Assembly (NCBI GenBank): GCA_021613535.1 | Contig: CP075496.1 | Coordinates: forward strand, 3,720,001-3,784,000 | DNA length: 64,000 nt | Origin: Adineta vaga | Taxonomy: Eukaryota; Animalia; Rotifera | Direction of reading: 5' to 3' | In this document: positions 24,986-38,504 of the stretch, one piece after another | How the letters are laid out: every line of letters starts with the position of its first letter | Numbering within the stretch: position 1 is the stretch's first letter | Notes under the pieces: model-generated | The model's input: only the letters and a program-made list of their open reading frames with translations | Told to the model about the DNA's origin: nothing | The model's database searches: none | Made by a program: the position numbers and the translations under genes

Positions 24986-26614
24986 TTATGACAAAGTTGA
25001 TCGAAGCATTTTTTCTGCAAATAATCGGTATTTATCAAATTTTTTTTTCTTTATTGTCATGATTGAATTATTCGATAGATTTGACATTGTTCCATTGTCA
25101 TTTATAGTTGAAGATAAAGATTGAATTGTTGTTGGTGGATAAGAAAGCATTTTTTCCAATGAAACCAATGGACTTTCATTTGATTTAACAGATTGATTAT
25201 TTGAAATCTGTTCATGATGATAAACAGTTGATGGAAACGATTTTTCATAAGAAGAATGGCTGCTATTTTCATCATCGTAATTATTATTTAAATCTGAATG
25301 TCGACCAGTTGATGGTGTTTGTTTTGTAACAAAATTTTGTAAGAGAGACAATGCATTCGCAGTTATTGTTGTTAATTCTTCTTCGTTTTTAACAATACGA
25401 TCAAGTAAATCCGATACAACTAATTCTATATCCTTATCAGTAGTTGAACGAGATTTTGATTGTTCAGGTCTAGAAAAAAAGTAAAGCAAAATTATTATAT
25501 TTGTTCAAAGATAAAATTTAAATTACTTTAGATTTAAAGTTCGTTTTTGTAATGTTTTACATTGATTAAGAAAATAATCACGATTTCGATTTGCTTTTCC
25601 ATTTCTATGATGCATTTCTTTTAAAATATGTTCTTTATAAAGATTTTCATTTTCAAAATACATTCCACATGTTGTACAATTAAAACGTATTTGATGATGA
25701 TGTTGAATATGATCAACAAGATCAACTTCACGAACGAATTGTTGAGAACAAATCAAACATGTTGAACGTATTAGAGATGGAGAAGTTAATATTTTTGTTG
25801 GAGAATATTGTTGCTGCTGCTGCTGTTGTTGTTGTTGTACTTTAGGATTGGAATGATGATGAAACGATGGTGTAGTAGTTGTGGGTACAGATGATGACGA
25901 CGCCGAGGAGGGTGATGAAGGTAAAAGTTGTGTAAAATGATTTGTTTTCATCATATGTGCTGTTAGATCCGGTAATGTTTCGAAAGATAATGAACAACGT
26001 AAACATTTTAAAATTTGATTCGCTGGATTTGTGTCACGTGAAAGCCATATATCTTGTCCACGAACAAGTTTAGCTACTTCATCATGTGTTGAAGATAGTT
26101 GTGCATTATGATTGGTAATTTTTAAGTGACTAACGAGATGAGCAACATTGGAATATTTTTCACCACATGAACAAGCATAAGATTCTTGTTTACTTGTCGA
26201 ATTATCTTTGATAATGCGAGAAGAATTCAATGATGGTTGCTTAACTGATTTTGGTGTTGAAGTTGGCAGATCAACTTTTGTACGTTGCTGTTGATGTTGT
26301 TGTTGTTGATAATACGAATTCATATTGGCTAAGAATAAATCGTAGAGTAATGCTGATGAATTAAACAGAAGATTTGTTGGATCATAAAAAGGTATTGTTG
26401 TTGTTGTTGATGATGATGATGATGTACTCAATGGATTAAATACCGAATGTTGTGGTAGTGATTGTGACTTTACCGATAAATCCAATGGAATTTCATAATC
26501 AAGATTATTTCGTGATTTTTTCTTTGATGATGATGATGATGATTTGTTTTCGTCGATATTATCACGTTTACGTTTAATACGTAAGTCGATTGGTGTACTA
26601 CTATGATCCGTCAT
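24986..26614 (-). CDS. tsh: Teashirt/tiptop-family C2H2 zinc-finger transcription factor (2 coding exons; intron 25470-25526)
   Basis: KLVRGQDIWL...QILKCLRCSLSFETLPDLTAHMMKTNHF is the teashirt-family signature; CtBP-binding PLDLS and PIDLR motifs; four spaced C2H2 fingers. Confidence 0.88.
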
Positions 26615-29600
26615 TCTATAATAATATAAATCAAATGAATGAATGAATGAATACGAAAGAAAAGAGAGAAGAAAAAACGAGAATTAAGCAACATAAAAAA
26701 AAGACCTTCTCTCACCCTCTCTGTTTAGAAATCATTCGTGTGAGTGAGTGATGGATGAGTTGATGTCGGAAAAAAGAGCGAACGAAAGAGAGAGAGAGAC
26801 AGAGAGAGAACAAAAGAAAAGCTTACCGAGTAGAGCATACAGCTTTTTTTGATTGATAGGAATAGACAAATCTATATATTAGATATGTATAATGTGATGT
26901 GAGAGGGAGAGAGAAAAAAAAAGTTGAAGTGTCTATCAATCTTAAAAAGTCATATAATGATAGATGTTCTTATACACATAGATATGATTGAACATATGAA
27001 TTTCGAACGATAATAATATAAAACAAAAATGGAAAATGTCGAAGAGAAGAAGAAAGAAGAAAGAAACAATGAATGACGACTTGCACGTCACTTTGATTAA
27101 CTTGAAATGTCAATCAAGTGTCATCATCGGAAATAGTGATGGTGATGAGTTAGTCAGTGTAGAACGAACTAATTGCTATTTGTTTTATACAAATGATAAA
27201 AATAAACGAAAAATAGAACTTTTGTACATATAACTATCTGTGACTGTTCACATGTAGTGATTGATTCCAAAAGTCGAGTAATTCATCCATAGTGTATTAT
27301 GATTATTATTATCATCATTTTTGACTGTTAGTCTTACGAATGAAATGAGACAAGCTTAGGGAAGAATAAGAAAAGACGAAGACGGAGATGGAGAAGAAGA
27401 AGAGGAGGAAAATGAGGTGACTGTTTGATGGATTGATTCGATGACGAGTAGTGCGTGTGTGTTAGTAGTTTTCTTTCTTCCATCTATTCTGACTGGCATA
27501 CAGCACATCATTAGCCTGTGAAAGTAATATAATGATGTTTGAGTGAGATCCGACAACGACTGGAGATACTGACAGGTTAGTTGCCTGTCCTGTTGGAAAT
27601 GTTGATGAAGATAAACGAGCTCGATTTGTCGCGCAGTGCACACACGTCACTCGTTCCAGTAACAGTTACAGTGCTGGATGACAACGACGATCGGCATCCA
27701 TCTTTCTAACTGCCAAAGAACTAAATACTCACAGATATATAGATATATATATGATGACGACGACGACGACTTTTCATTAGTATTATCATGTCCATGTACC
27801 GATAGATCTATGTATGTATGTATGTATGTATGTATATATGTGTGTGATTTCTATCATCAATATCATTAGAAAAGAAGAAAGAGAAATGTAGAAAATAAAC
27901 GTCAATAATCATACAGTTAAATATGAATTTATATGATATATACCATTCAAAGATTGATCGTTTGATGACATTGTATATATTCTTGTTGGATCAATTGTCA
28001 CTATCTCGTTCTCGCTTTATATCTTCAAACATTATATATATATATATTTTTGACGATCGATTGGAGAGCGATAAAAAAGAGAAAAATGACGAAGCTTTCA
28101 CGAAGCGTATCATTACATCTTTTGGTGATTTCTCTCTCTCTATATTTTTATCTCTCTCTCTTCTTCTTCTTCTCTATTTCGTCACGCATACAGATCATTT
28201 GTGTATGAATGACACAAGTACTTTATCATCTATCGAACGTAAAGATGCGTCCTGTAGCTCCCGTCAATATAAGCAGAATGAATGGGCAATTAGATGTGAC
28301 TGGTGCACGTAGACGAATATATAAATGATGAATAATGACGAATAAGATGTTGACATAAATTTTCAAATCGAACACCAACGCATGTTAACAACAAGAACGA
28401 TGACTTTTCCTAACGAGAAAAAGAATGAAAAGCACAAATCAAACTGCCCGATGAATGTGAAGAGAGATTTTTTTGATTTATGAGCCATCATTACGATTCA
28501 GAAGCAATAAATCAGACACAACATGCCTTCAAACATTAAAGTGCCATCGCTCTATTGCTCAGTTGACACCATCGGGCCAATAATAGCAAGCATGAAAGAA
28601 TAGGAGAGAAAAATGAGAGAATAAGATGGATCACAACAAGTTGAATTCGTGGTCTATATGTGTGTGAAACAGAACGATAAATGTCAAGTTATACAGAGCT
28701 CATTCCCTCCTCCTTTTGGTTATAAATGATCGGCTGCTTTAGCTAACTTGAGCTTTGTTCGCTCGTCTGCTCTATACAAACTCAAGTATATGACAACGAG
28801 GCTTGATTGATGTTGACAGATCGCGCTGCGATTTCTCGTCCTTTCTCTCTCTCTCTTCCTTTCTTCTCTGTATATGTCTTGTCTTGCTCGCTTACTTGTC
28901 AAGTCAACGCAAGCTCTATTCAATCAAATCAGCCAAAAAGCGAGTGTTCTTTCATTTTTTCTCTGCATTCACGATGATGATGATGATAATGATCGTGATC
29001 ATGATAATATCGATGAGTAGATAATCACGATGAAATGAATGCATCTATGCGTTAAGTCAGTACAATGACATAAATACAAACGATTCCCACATATTAAACA
29101 AGAGAAAATGTGTGTCTTTGAAAATTCGAAGAAAAAAATTAATAATTAAAAGATAGGAAAAAAAGAAGGTAATGATGACACTTCGATACTATACAAATGA
29201 TAATAGTGACATGAAATATCATCTATTACATAAAGTAACCATTTGTTATATGTCATCAGAATGATATGACAGGTGAAAAAGTTAAAAAACGACTCATCAA
29301 TCATACCTACATAAAAACGGTAAATATGAACAAAAAAATAGTAAATCTTTCGAATCTATTAGATATGAGTGTTTATCTCTACAAAAAATTGTCACTTCAG
29401 CTAAAAGATGAAACAATATATTTGATATATTTATTTGATTCAATTTCAACACATATAAATCTATCAATCGTTTGCATAGACTTCTTTTTTATTTCAAAAT
29501 GTCACTTCTTTACTTTCTTAATATATTATATCTATGAAATCAACTTGTCATTATCTTTCTGATGTTCTTTTTGAATTATTTATTACATTCGATAATATAT

Positions 29601-30250
29601 TGACTATAATTAATCGATTTCTATTAGTAGACCTCTTTATTGATTGATCGAAGAGATATCGTTATGGTGTTGAATGACATCCTGTCAAAGAGAATAGCAT
29701 CATCGAATAATGTTCATCATTTACTACTTTAACTTCTTGATCTATTGCTTGCCAAAAACATTTTCATAGTAATTACTATAAGTCATACGTGCACGTAAGC
29801 CCTGATCAACTACGTCAGTATGGTTAATTGTTCTATCGTATTTATCATTTTAAAAAAAAAGTCGTTTGTTTTAACTTTGAAAAGAACATTTAGTGTATAT
29901 TCTTAATATAATCAGTACAATATACATTGTTTTATCATTCGATCTGTCGAGAAGAAGAAGAAGAAAAAGAAGATACGGCGCAGAAGTGAACAGTTTTCTA
30001 TTTCTAGACTTCCACACCATAGATACACATACACAATTCTTAACAGATAATTGTTTATATGTATGTAAAAGAAGAAGAAGAAGAAGAAGAAGAAAGTCAA
30101 CAGAAAAGACAAAATATAGAAAAAAAAATAAAGATTATCATTATTATTGGTATTTTTGTTGATGTCGAAAAAAAGAATAAAGATATTGTAGAAATGAATA
30201 ATTTAAGGAAAATATCTGACAGAAAGAGAACGGCGGCGGATTCTATCGAG
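26615..30250. promoter_or_regulatory. Extended non-coding region upstream of teashirt, rich in simple repeats (GA, GAA, GAT, TATG)
   Basis: About 3.6 kb without a credible ORF in an otherwise gene-dense window; probable 5' UTR intron of tsh at ~26616-26826. The regulatory role is inferred from position only. Confidence 0.4.
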
Positions 30251-30464
30251 TAAACTCAACATAGAAATATTGCAGGACACATTGGACCAGCACACATATT
30301 AGAATTGAACAGATAAGAAAAAGACACAGTAACGAAATGAATAATATTTTTTTTTTGTAAATAAATATACGAAAGATGAGAAGAAAAAGAAGAATTTCTG
30401 ACTGACCAGCAGTGAATACTATCGAAAAATGAGAAAGAAAGAAAGAAAGAAAAAAAAGATTCTA

Positions 30465-31623
30465 TCATGAATAGAGTGATATTCGACGTTCAAGTAATGT
30501 TTTTATATCTCCACGTTTAACAAATGGACTTATGGATGCATCTGGATAAAAGGCAAAATTCCAAATGAAAATTGGATCACGTGGATCAATATCACGACAA
30601 TCAAATGGTAATGAAGAAGTACAATTTTGATTTGATATTTTCGTTTGATTATTATTGGTATCAACTTGTGTTGATGAACCATATGAACTAAGTATTTTAT
30701 CACCAATAAATAGATTTAATGTTGAATTTGTTGATTGACGTTTCTCATTGATAATCAAACGATGATGATTATCATGTTCATTAGTAGGTGAATCAAATGG
30801 TAAAAGAATCGATGGTGATATAGCAGAAAGTATAGATGGTGATAATGATCGAGCTGATCGAACTGATGATGAACCACTCGATGGTAGACCTGATTGAGAA
30901 TGATAATCACTTGTTGAACATGCATTTTCTGTATTAGAATTTTTATTATTAATTCGCGTTTGTTGATAATGATTTGATGGTGAGAATGGTAATGTAAATG
31001 TCGATGCATCAGGATTCAATGTTGATGATGCATATTTAGTTGTATCTGTTGTTGCAGTTGATAATAATGGAATATCATCACGTTTTGAATGATTTTTTGG
31101 TAGACGAGAAGTTGTATTGATTGTAATTGGTGTTGTTAATTTCGTATCAGTCTTTAATGAAAAACAAAAATAAAGAAAAAAAGTTTCTTGATCTGTAGAA
31201 AGAATATGTTTTTACTTGATGTGCAATTGTAGATTTTCCTGCATGATATGGATGAGGACGATATGGTGCAGATGATATCGTATTTTTTGTACGTGGTGAT
31301 ACTGGACTGATAAGAATTTCATTTTGAGCATATTCAACAATCATCGGATAACCATTCAATTGTAGACCATTACAAGCATTTAAAGCACGTTGTGCTTCAT
31401 CACTACTAGCAAATCGAACGAAACCATAACGTTCTCGTACTTTAACACATTCAATAACTTGTCCATAAGAATGAAAGATAGTTTGAAGATGTGCACCTGT
31501 TGTATGTGTTGCTAAATTACCTACGAATAATTTACATGTTACTGTTTGAGAATTAGATGTTGATGCGTTAATATGTAGTTTTTTAGTCGGATTAAAAGTC
31601 GATTGATTTGCTGATGTGAACAT
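30465..31623 (-). CDS. Single-RRM RNA-binding protein (RBM4/lark-like RRM) with a Ser-rich tail; intron 31152-31215
   Basis: RNP2 KLFVGNL and RNP1 RYGFVRF, VIECVKVR; an in-frame splice joins it to ORF 30465-31019. Confidence 0.85.
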
Positions 31624-32243
31624 TTGCTTCGATTTCTTTCTTTTTAGAAACAGATAAACGGGAGATATAAATGTGTTATATGTGTGTGGTTAAAAGATGG
31701 AAATGAAAATGTATAAAGCTAGAAGAAAAGAACGAATAAATTCCGTATAGTCAAAGAAGTAAAGAGAAAACTATCTAATGTTTCTTTATCGTTTGAATTG
31801 GTGTTTATTTTTCTTCGATAGTTTTAGTCTTGTCAGAATATATGATCAATACTGACGACGAATGAGCGAATTTCTATAGTAATGAAATAGAATTTCTTTA
31901 GGTTTGAAATGAGAGGAAAAAAGATGATGAGCTTTTTTTTCATTTTATTGTATTTATAAAATAAGAAATGATCAGCAAAATCTCTTTTTTTTCATATGGA
32001 TAACGAGACAAGTTTTAGAAGTAGTAAATAGCGCAAAAACAAACAAAGAAAGAGAAAGAAAACAAGGCAACTATAATGTTAGCAAGATCCAGGGAAAAAA
32101 AAGAAGAAATCACCTATGATACAAACACAAGAAAAATAAAATAAAACGTGAAAAATGAAAGTAAAATTTTCGTTTTCCTGAATTGTTTCGTCTAAATCTA
32201 TTCTATTATATATATGTAAAGATATGTATAGATATGTATAAAT

Positions 32244-33646
32244 TTAAACAAGTCGATGTTGTTGTTGTTTAGCAAGAAAAGTAACCGGATCAAAGGGCAT
32301 CGATGTTGTGGAATAAAATTGAGGATTTGGTGGTGTAAAATGATATTGTAATTGATCGAGATTTAGGTGTTGAAGATTACTAGCAAACATTGCTAGTTTT
32401 TGATCGAATAAAGTTGTAACTAAAAGTGAAATTGGATCATTCGAATTGGATCCTGTTGATGGTTGATGTAGAGATGGTGGTGGAGTTTCCGGTTGATTTT
32501 TTGGAATAATTGTTGGTTGTGAAGGAGTTGTCGTTCCAATTGATGATGAAGGTGGTGATGATGAAGACGAAGCAGTAGCTGTTGATGATGGAACAGATGT
32601 ACTAGATGATAAACTTGATTTATTACGTTTTCGTGGTTGATACTAAATAAAAATATAGATCGATGATTTTCTTTGTTTGTCTTATTGAAATAGAAATTAG
32701 AATAAAATTACTTTATAACTTGGATATTGTCGTGCATGAAGTTGTTTTAATCGTTCGGATTCTTCCATATATGGTTGTCGATCACGTAATGACATTCGTT
32801 TCCATTTTGCTCCACAACATCTTCAAAGAAGAAATGAAATAAATCAAGTTGCATATTTTCAATTGTCTAACTTTACTTGCTAATATCAGCATTTGGTAAA
32901 TGTGGTGCAAGTTGAACAATTTTTCGACGTTCAATTTGTGAAAAAACCATAAATGCATTCATAGGACGTTTAACATGACCAGGACGTATACGTTTTTTTG
33001 GTTGTGTACGTGTTGCATCGGAATAGGGTGTTGGCGTCGATGGATCAATCAATGCTGAACCAAAGAAAACAGGTGGTGAATCAGTATTTGTATTTGATGA
33101 AAGTAATTCAAGTAACATATGATAATCATCAGGTCTTAATGCTCGACAATTGATTTGTGGCCAAGTTATACTTGGAGATGAATGAAGTGCTGTTGAATTA
33201 TTAATAATTAAATCGGGCGATGATGGTGATGGAAGAAGTGATGATGAATTCGTTGATAAACCGTAACTATGATCATGTTGTAATGGTGAAAATGATGTTG
33301 GTGATGATGGTGTTGATCTTGATGATGAAAGGTTATGATGAAAATCAACAAATGATGGTGCTGGTGATGATGGTGATGTTGTTATCATTGTTGTTTCATC
33401 AAGCATAGATTCATCTTTTGTGAAAACATCCAAATGAGCATCAGAAAATAGACTTGTTGGATCCATTATTGATGGTAATACTAAAAATACAAATATTTAT
33501 TATGCGATTTGATTTAAAATTAAAATCGAACTAGTTTCTGTTGTTGGTTGTTCAGTTCTAACTTTTGTAAAGAGTCGATTTGTTGAAACAATTCTTAATG
33601 GTCGTCCGTGACTATTATTATGAGGATCAATTGATGTCGACAACAT
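32244..33646 (-). CDS. SoxC: Sox-family HMG-box transcription factor, SoxC-like (4 exons)
   Basis: TPYSDAT motif preceding [21 protein letters not shown]...NADISK/CCGAKW...[24 protein letters not shown]; QIERRKI is typical of SoxC. Introns 33481-33531, 32821-32876, 32643-32711. Confidence 0.85.
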
Positions 33647-34042
33647 ATTCTAACTTATCTATTTAGTAAACTAATCTATACGTTTCGACTGTTAATAAAT
33701 AATCTTCTTTCGATCACAATGAATGTCGAAAAAGAAAAGAAAAAAAAATATATATATAGATACGAAATTTAACGTGCGATTTTTCTCTGACGAACTTTTC
33801 TATATAGAAATCAGATAGTCTAACAAGAACGATATCTATACAGACACGTGGTTCGAGTTTTATTCACGTTGTTCTAGACATTTATGTTCAGTTGATATAT
33901 TCGTCTAACAGAATCTTCAATTAATCCTAATTTAAAGCATTAAAATGCTGAAAATGAAAATTTTATTTCAGAAAACAACAACAACAACAGCATCAACTTC
34001 GAAATAACAATTGTATAGCTTAACAAGAAAAAGAACATAGAA

Positions 34043-35692
34043 TTATTGAAAACAAGACCAGTAGTGTTTATGTTTTTGTTTAACTAAATCGATTTTTTGA
34101 CGAACATCTATATTAATATCATTATCATTGTTCCACTCTTCATTAGTTATTTCCGATAATTTTCCAATTAACACCGAAAGTATTGTTTGAACGTATGTTG
34201 ATTTTGAAGATATATTCGATAGATTTCCATCCAAAGCTATAACAAGTTTACTAGAATCGATCTTGTTGAATTGTTCAATAATCCAAGCATAACATAATGT
34301 TGTAATATTTTGAAGATGAAAATCAACACAAACAACAATTAATTCAGGTTGAAATTCGTTGACTATTGGAAGAATTAATTCGTTCATTAAATGTCGATAA
34401 TCATTATCAGTACTTTGATTAAAACATGCTAATGGAATATTCATTGTATATCCATTTCCTTGATTTTTGCCACATTCATGATAACTTGATCGATGTTGAT
34501 GATCTTCTTTGTGGATTGAAATATAAAAAACTTGATTTGATTCATAATAGATCGATTGAAGTCCACAACCATGTTCACATGTTAAATCAACAATTAAAAC
34601 ACGTTCAATTTGAACTTTATTATTATTCCCATCAATATTTGTTGCAACATTGACTACTTTTCGTTGTTCAAGATTTGATGATGGTGTTAAAACATTTATC
34701 ATATGACAAATTGCATCTTCAATGGCTGTTGCACCTTCTCGATGGATATGATTATTCGAATCAATCAATGCTAACGAAGATTTTCTTGAATAATCGGCAG
34801 TTTTATCAATCAGAACAGAATTAATACCTAATGCAATATTATTGTAGACAGATGTTCCATTTCCATGATCTTTCAATGCACGATGACCTGGGGATGTCGA
34901 AAGTATAAAACCATTGATATGATCGTTATTTATAACATTTTGAATGACATCAATTGTGATTCCAGCACTTAAACGAGCATCGGAAAATGTTCTTTCATTG
35001 TATTGAATATGAAAACGATTTGTTGATATATTGGAATGAGCTTTTTCCGCTGAAACAATCATATTAACATAATCACTCGAATGTAAACAAACTAATTCAT
35101 CAATCGTTGCTGAACGAAATTTCATTGTGTAACAGTAGGACATAAGATCAGTTTTAGTCAATTCTTTCAATAAAGTTACATCTTGAATAGCAATAACTGC
35201 TGAAGGATTATGAATATCTTTCGTTGATATCACATTCTGGAATGTTTCAAGTTTTGATGAATTTTCTGCCTGATTTGTTGATGAACGAAATTTAGCACAC
35301 TCCAAACATTTCAGTAATGAATTAAGACGAACATTTTTTACATACGATTTACATGGATAACACCAAACAGATAAATCTTGAAGACTTATGGTTAGACAAT
35401 GTCCAGTATTATATTGTTCATCTGTAAGTAATGTAAATAACCAATGACCTTCTCCATGATTATTCACATAACGACTACAATGAATTTCTCCACATGATAA
35501 GCATAACCAATTTTCCTTTGTACTTTCACAATCAGTACATTGATGATTATCAATATTAACTAATTTTTCGACTAATGGAACGTGTTGTACATGTTCACAC
35601 GTTTGAGTAGGAATCACAATACCACCTTGATCCGAGTCCGGAGTTAATTCAACATCTTCATCGAGTGCATTGATGAAATTTTCAAAATTCAT
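34043..35692 (-). CDS. ZnF-UBP (HDAC6-type) + degenerate class II histone deacetylase domain protein, intronless CDS
   Basis: N-terminal CEH...CTDC...ENWLCLSC...CSRYVNNH...H...DLSVWCYPC..YV; then RSATIDELVCLHSSDYV, ARLSAG, NGF...PGHRA, YNNIA, RVLIVDLTCEHGCGLQ, VFYISIH, GNGYTMNIPL, ILPIVNEFQPELIVV. Confidence 0.88.
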   Translation of the reverse strand: MNFENFINALDEDVELTPDSDQGGIVIPTQTCEHVQHVPLVEKLVNIDNHQCTDCESTKENWLCLSCGEIHCSRYVNNHGEGHWLFTLLTDEQYNTGHCLTISLQDLSVWCYPCKSYVKNVRLNSLLKCLECAKFRSSTNQAENSSKLETFQNVISTKDIHNPSAVIAIQDVTLLKELTKTDLMSYCYTMKFRSATIDELVCLHSSDYVNMIVSAEKAHSNISTNRFHIQYNERTFSDARLSAGITIDVIQNVINNDHINGFILSTSPGHRALKDHGNGTSVYNNIALGINSVLIDKTADYSRKSSLALIDSNNHIHREGATAIEDAICHMINVLTPSSNLEQRKVVNVATNIDGNNNKVQIERVLIVDLTCEHGCGLQSIYYESNQVFYISIHKEDHQHRSSYHECGKNQGNGYTMNIPLACFNQSTDNDYRHLMNELILPIVNEFQPELIVVCVDFHLQNITTLCYAWIIEQFNKIDSSKLVIALDGNLSNISSKSTYVQTILSVLIGKLSEITNEEWNNDNDINIDVRQKIDLVKQKHKHYWSCFQ

Positions 35693-36704
35693 CTAGAAAG
35701 TTAAAAAGAGAACCGTCTATTTGCCATAGAAAACAAACTTGTTGTCTGTAAATAAACTCTACTTTTCTCCTACGTCTTTGACGTAATAAAAAAAAACACA
35801 TATTACATTTGTTTTTCTTTTTGTATGTCTAAATTACTTTCAATAGCTTCTGTACGTCATTCATTCGTCTTTTCCTTTCATTCGTAATTTAATTTTGAAA
35901 AAGAAACCGACAAGAAGAAAGTCTGAAACAAAAAGAAACATACGCACATATCAGTGCATTAAAAATGTCGATAACCTAAACTATGTGTGATTGATGATGC
36001 GTGATCAACTGTTTGTTGAAGGTTGGTAGTTCTGTATTTTACTCTTATCTATACACTCATGTGCGTACTCATTATACATAATAAAGTATGGAGAAAAAAA
36101 AAGAAAAAAACAAACAAATATGAGACATAGCTTCAGGATGATGTTAGTCGAAGACTCAATCTACAATTCTCGGAGCATATATAAATACACATCTATGATG
36201 GATAGGAATACTTGACAAAGATAACTTGCGAGCATCGATTATGTTTTCATAAGCTTCTCTCGATGCTAAATGCAATGTGTAATTAAAAACCAACAGAAAT
36301 TCTTTGATGAGATGTTTTTCGTGATTGTAATAATAATAGAATATTCTGTTTTTTGTCTTGCAAATTTTTGTTAGTCGATGAGAGAGCCTGCAGGAAATAT
36401 TCTATTCGACATACCACATCGAGTGTATGAGATTATTTCATTGTATGTGTTGATAGACAAGTGGAATTATACAATCGTTTCAGTTCGGTATTATTCATAT
36501 ATTGTCTATATTGCAAGTACATATACATGAATATGAGAAAAAAACAAATAGAATAGATGGCAGGTCTTACCAGGAAATAAACATTCGAAAAAGACTTATT
36601 TTTTATTCAGTAATTTTTTTGACGAATCAGTTTTGTTATTACATTCTGATTTTGAAACATCATCATAGGTTTTTTAATGAAGAATTCGCTTTCATTCACC
36701 AGCC

Positions 36705-38121
36705 ATGGCTGTAGTAGAATTAATCCCAATAAATAAAGGAAATTCAGTGATTCTTCATGATACAAATTTAATTACTTTTGGTCGTATTCCCACTATTGGT
36801 TGTTTAGACAATAAAATTTCTCGTAATCATGCTCAGGTATGGCTTAAATCAGATGGAACTGTATGGATTAAAGCTGTTCATCATAATCCAACATTTTACA
36901 GGACAAACACAAATCAAATTGTTACATTAACAAAAAATAAAGAATATCAACTATATCATGATGATCAATTTGGTCTTTTACCTGACGAATATTTTTATCG
37001 AGTAGCGATTAAATCACAAGACAAAGAATTAGAAAATGTATCAACAGTACCTAAATCACCAGTAAAAGACAATGAAATTCAAAGGATCAAAAATCATGAT
37101 GCTGATGATGATGATGGCAGATCTCAAGCAGAAAGCAATAGTAATCCAACGATAACTCATACATTACCAGACTCGCTAGATAATAATTCGATATCAAAAT
37201 CTGACGATAAAGAATCAAATGAAGATAAAATAACTACAACTGCACGAATCAGACCACGAATACGTATATATACAAATTATTTTCTAATAAGATTGTTTTC
37301 ATAAGATTATTTTTGATTTAGATGCTGAGGAAAAAAAGATAAAACAAATTATTTATGACGATGATACAGATGATGAATTCAATCCTGTACCATCCACTAG
37401 TACTACTACAATTAACAATCAAGCAACAGTATCAGCTAGTGCTGATTCTACTCGACGAGATCGATGTCCATATGGAGAATCTTGTTATAGAAAGAATCTA
37501 ATTCATCGACAAGAAGTTAGTCATCCTGGTGATCCAGATTGGGAAATTAAAGATAATGATGAAAAGAAAACCAAACCTGATTGTCCATATGGAAATGAAT
37601 GTTATAGACAAAATGCCGATCATTTAAATGAATATTCTCATCCAAGAAAGAAATGTATTGAACTTAATACAAAATCACGTTCAACAAAACGTAAAAGTAA
37701 GATATTGGTTAACATATTTGTCAAAGAAATAGAAATGTTCATCATTTTAGAAATTGAAGATGAAGATGATGATGATGATGATGGGTTACCAAATGAATAT
37801 GATTATAATGACAGTTTTATCAATGATGACGATTTTGATACAGATACGACCAATGATGAAAAAGGTAAAATCTAATTCATGAATTTTTTATCTGTTTCTA
37901 AAATGATGTTTATTATAGAAAGTGTTGAATCGGATGAAGATACAGAATGGAAACCAGAAAAAAAATATGAAAATTTTGATGATACCGATGATGTGTCATC
38001 TGCTGAAAGTGAAAGAGAATTAACGAATCATGAAGCAGAAAGATTTGTACAAAATTCATCATCAAGAAACCATCATGATTCATCGAACAAAAAACCTCGT
38101 GTAGAAAAGGATGATGATTGA
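36705..38121 (+). CDS. APLF: Aprataxin and PNK-like factor (FHA + 2 PBZ zinc fingers + acidic tail), 4 exons
   Basis: FHA (FGR..IGCLDNKISRNHA...HHNPTF), tandem PBZ fingers CPYGESCYRKNLIHRQEVSHP and CPYGNECYRTNADHLNEYSHP, acidic PNEYDYNDSFIND...DTEWKP...EAERFV. Exons ~36705-37263, 37322-37696, 37751-37864, 37919-38121. Confidence 0.92.
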
Positions 38122-38504
38122 TTTTTTAAATAATTTCTATTTCTATTTTTATAATTGTACAAAGAAAATCATTTGTATTTTATTTGTTTTCGATTTTTCA
38201 TAAATTCACATGTTAATTTTCCATCATAGAAACATTCTATTCAGAATAAATTCAACTATGATAACAAGTAATAATTTAGAAAAAAAATCATTTGTGATAC
38301 CGATAGAATATGACAGATGAAATGCTTCTGCATATTTGATATAGTTTTACAATTTTTGTTTCTTTTTCGTTCGTTCTTATTGACATACTTTCAATTTGAA
38401 AATTTGCATTTTATTTTTCTTTTTTTACTCTTTTTCTTCTTCGAGAGTCTAAACATACATGTTCTTTTTCTTGTCTAAACAAATAAAATCCAAAAATCTC
38501 AAAA

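Noticed and set aside
27036-30468. Numerous 60-130 aa ORFs upstream of teashirt
   Set aside because: They are translations of simple repeats (GAA, GAT, GA, TATG) with no domain signal or consistent splice structure.
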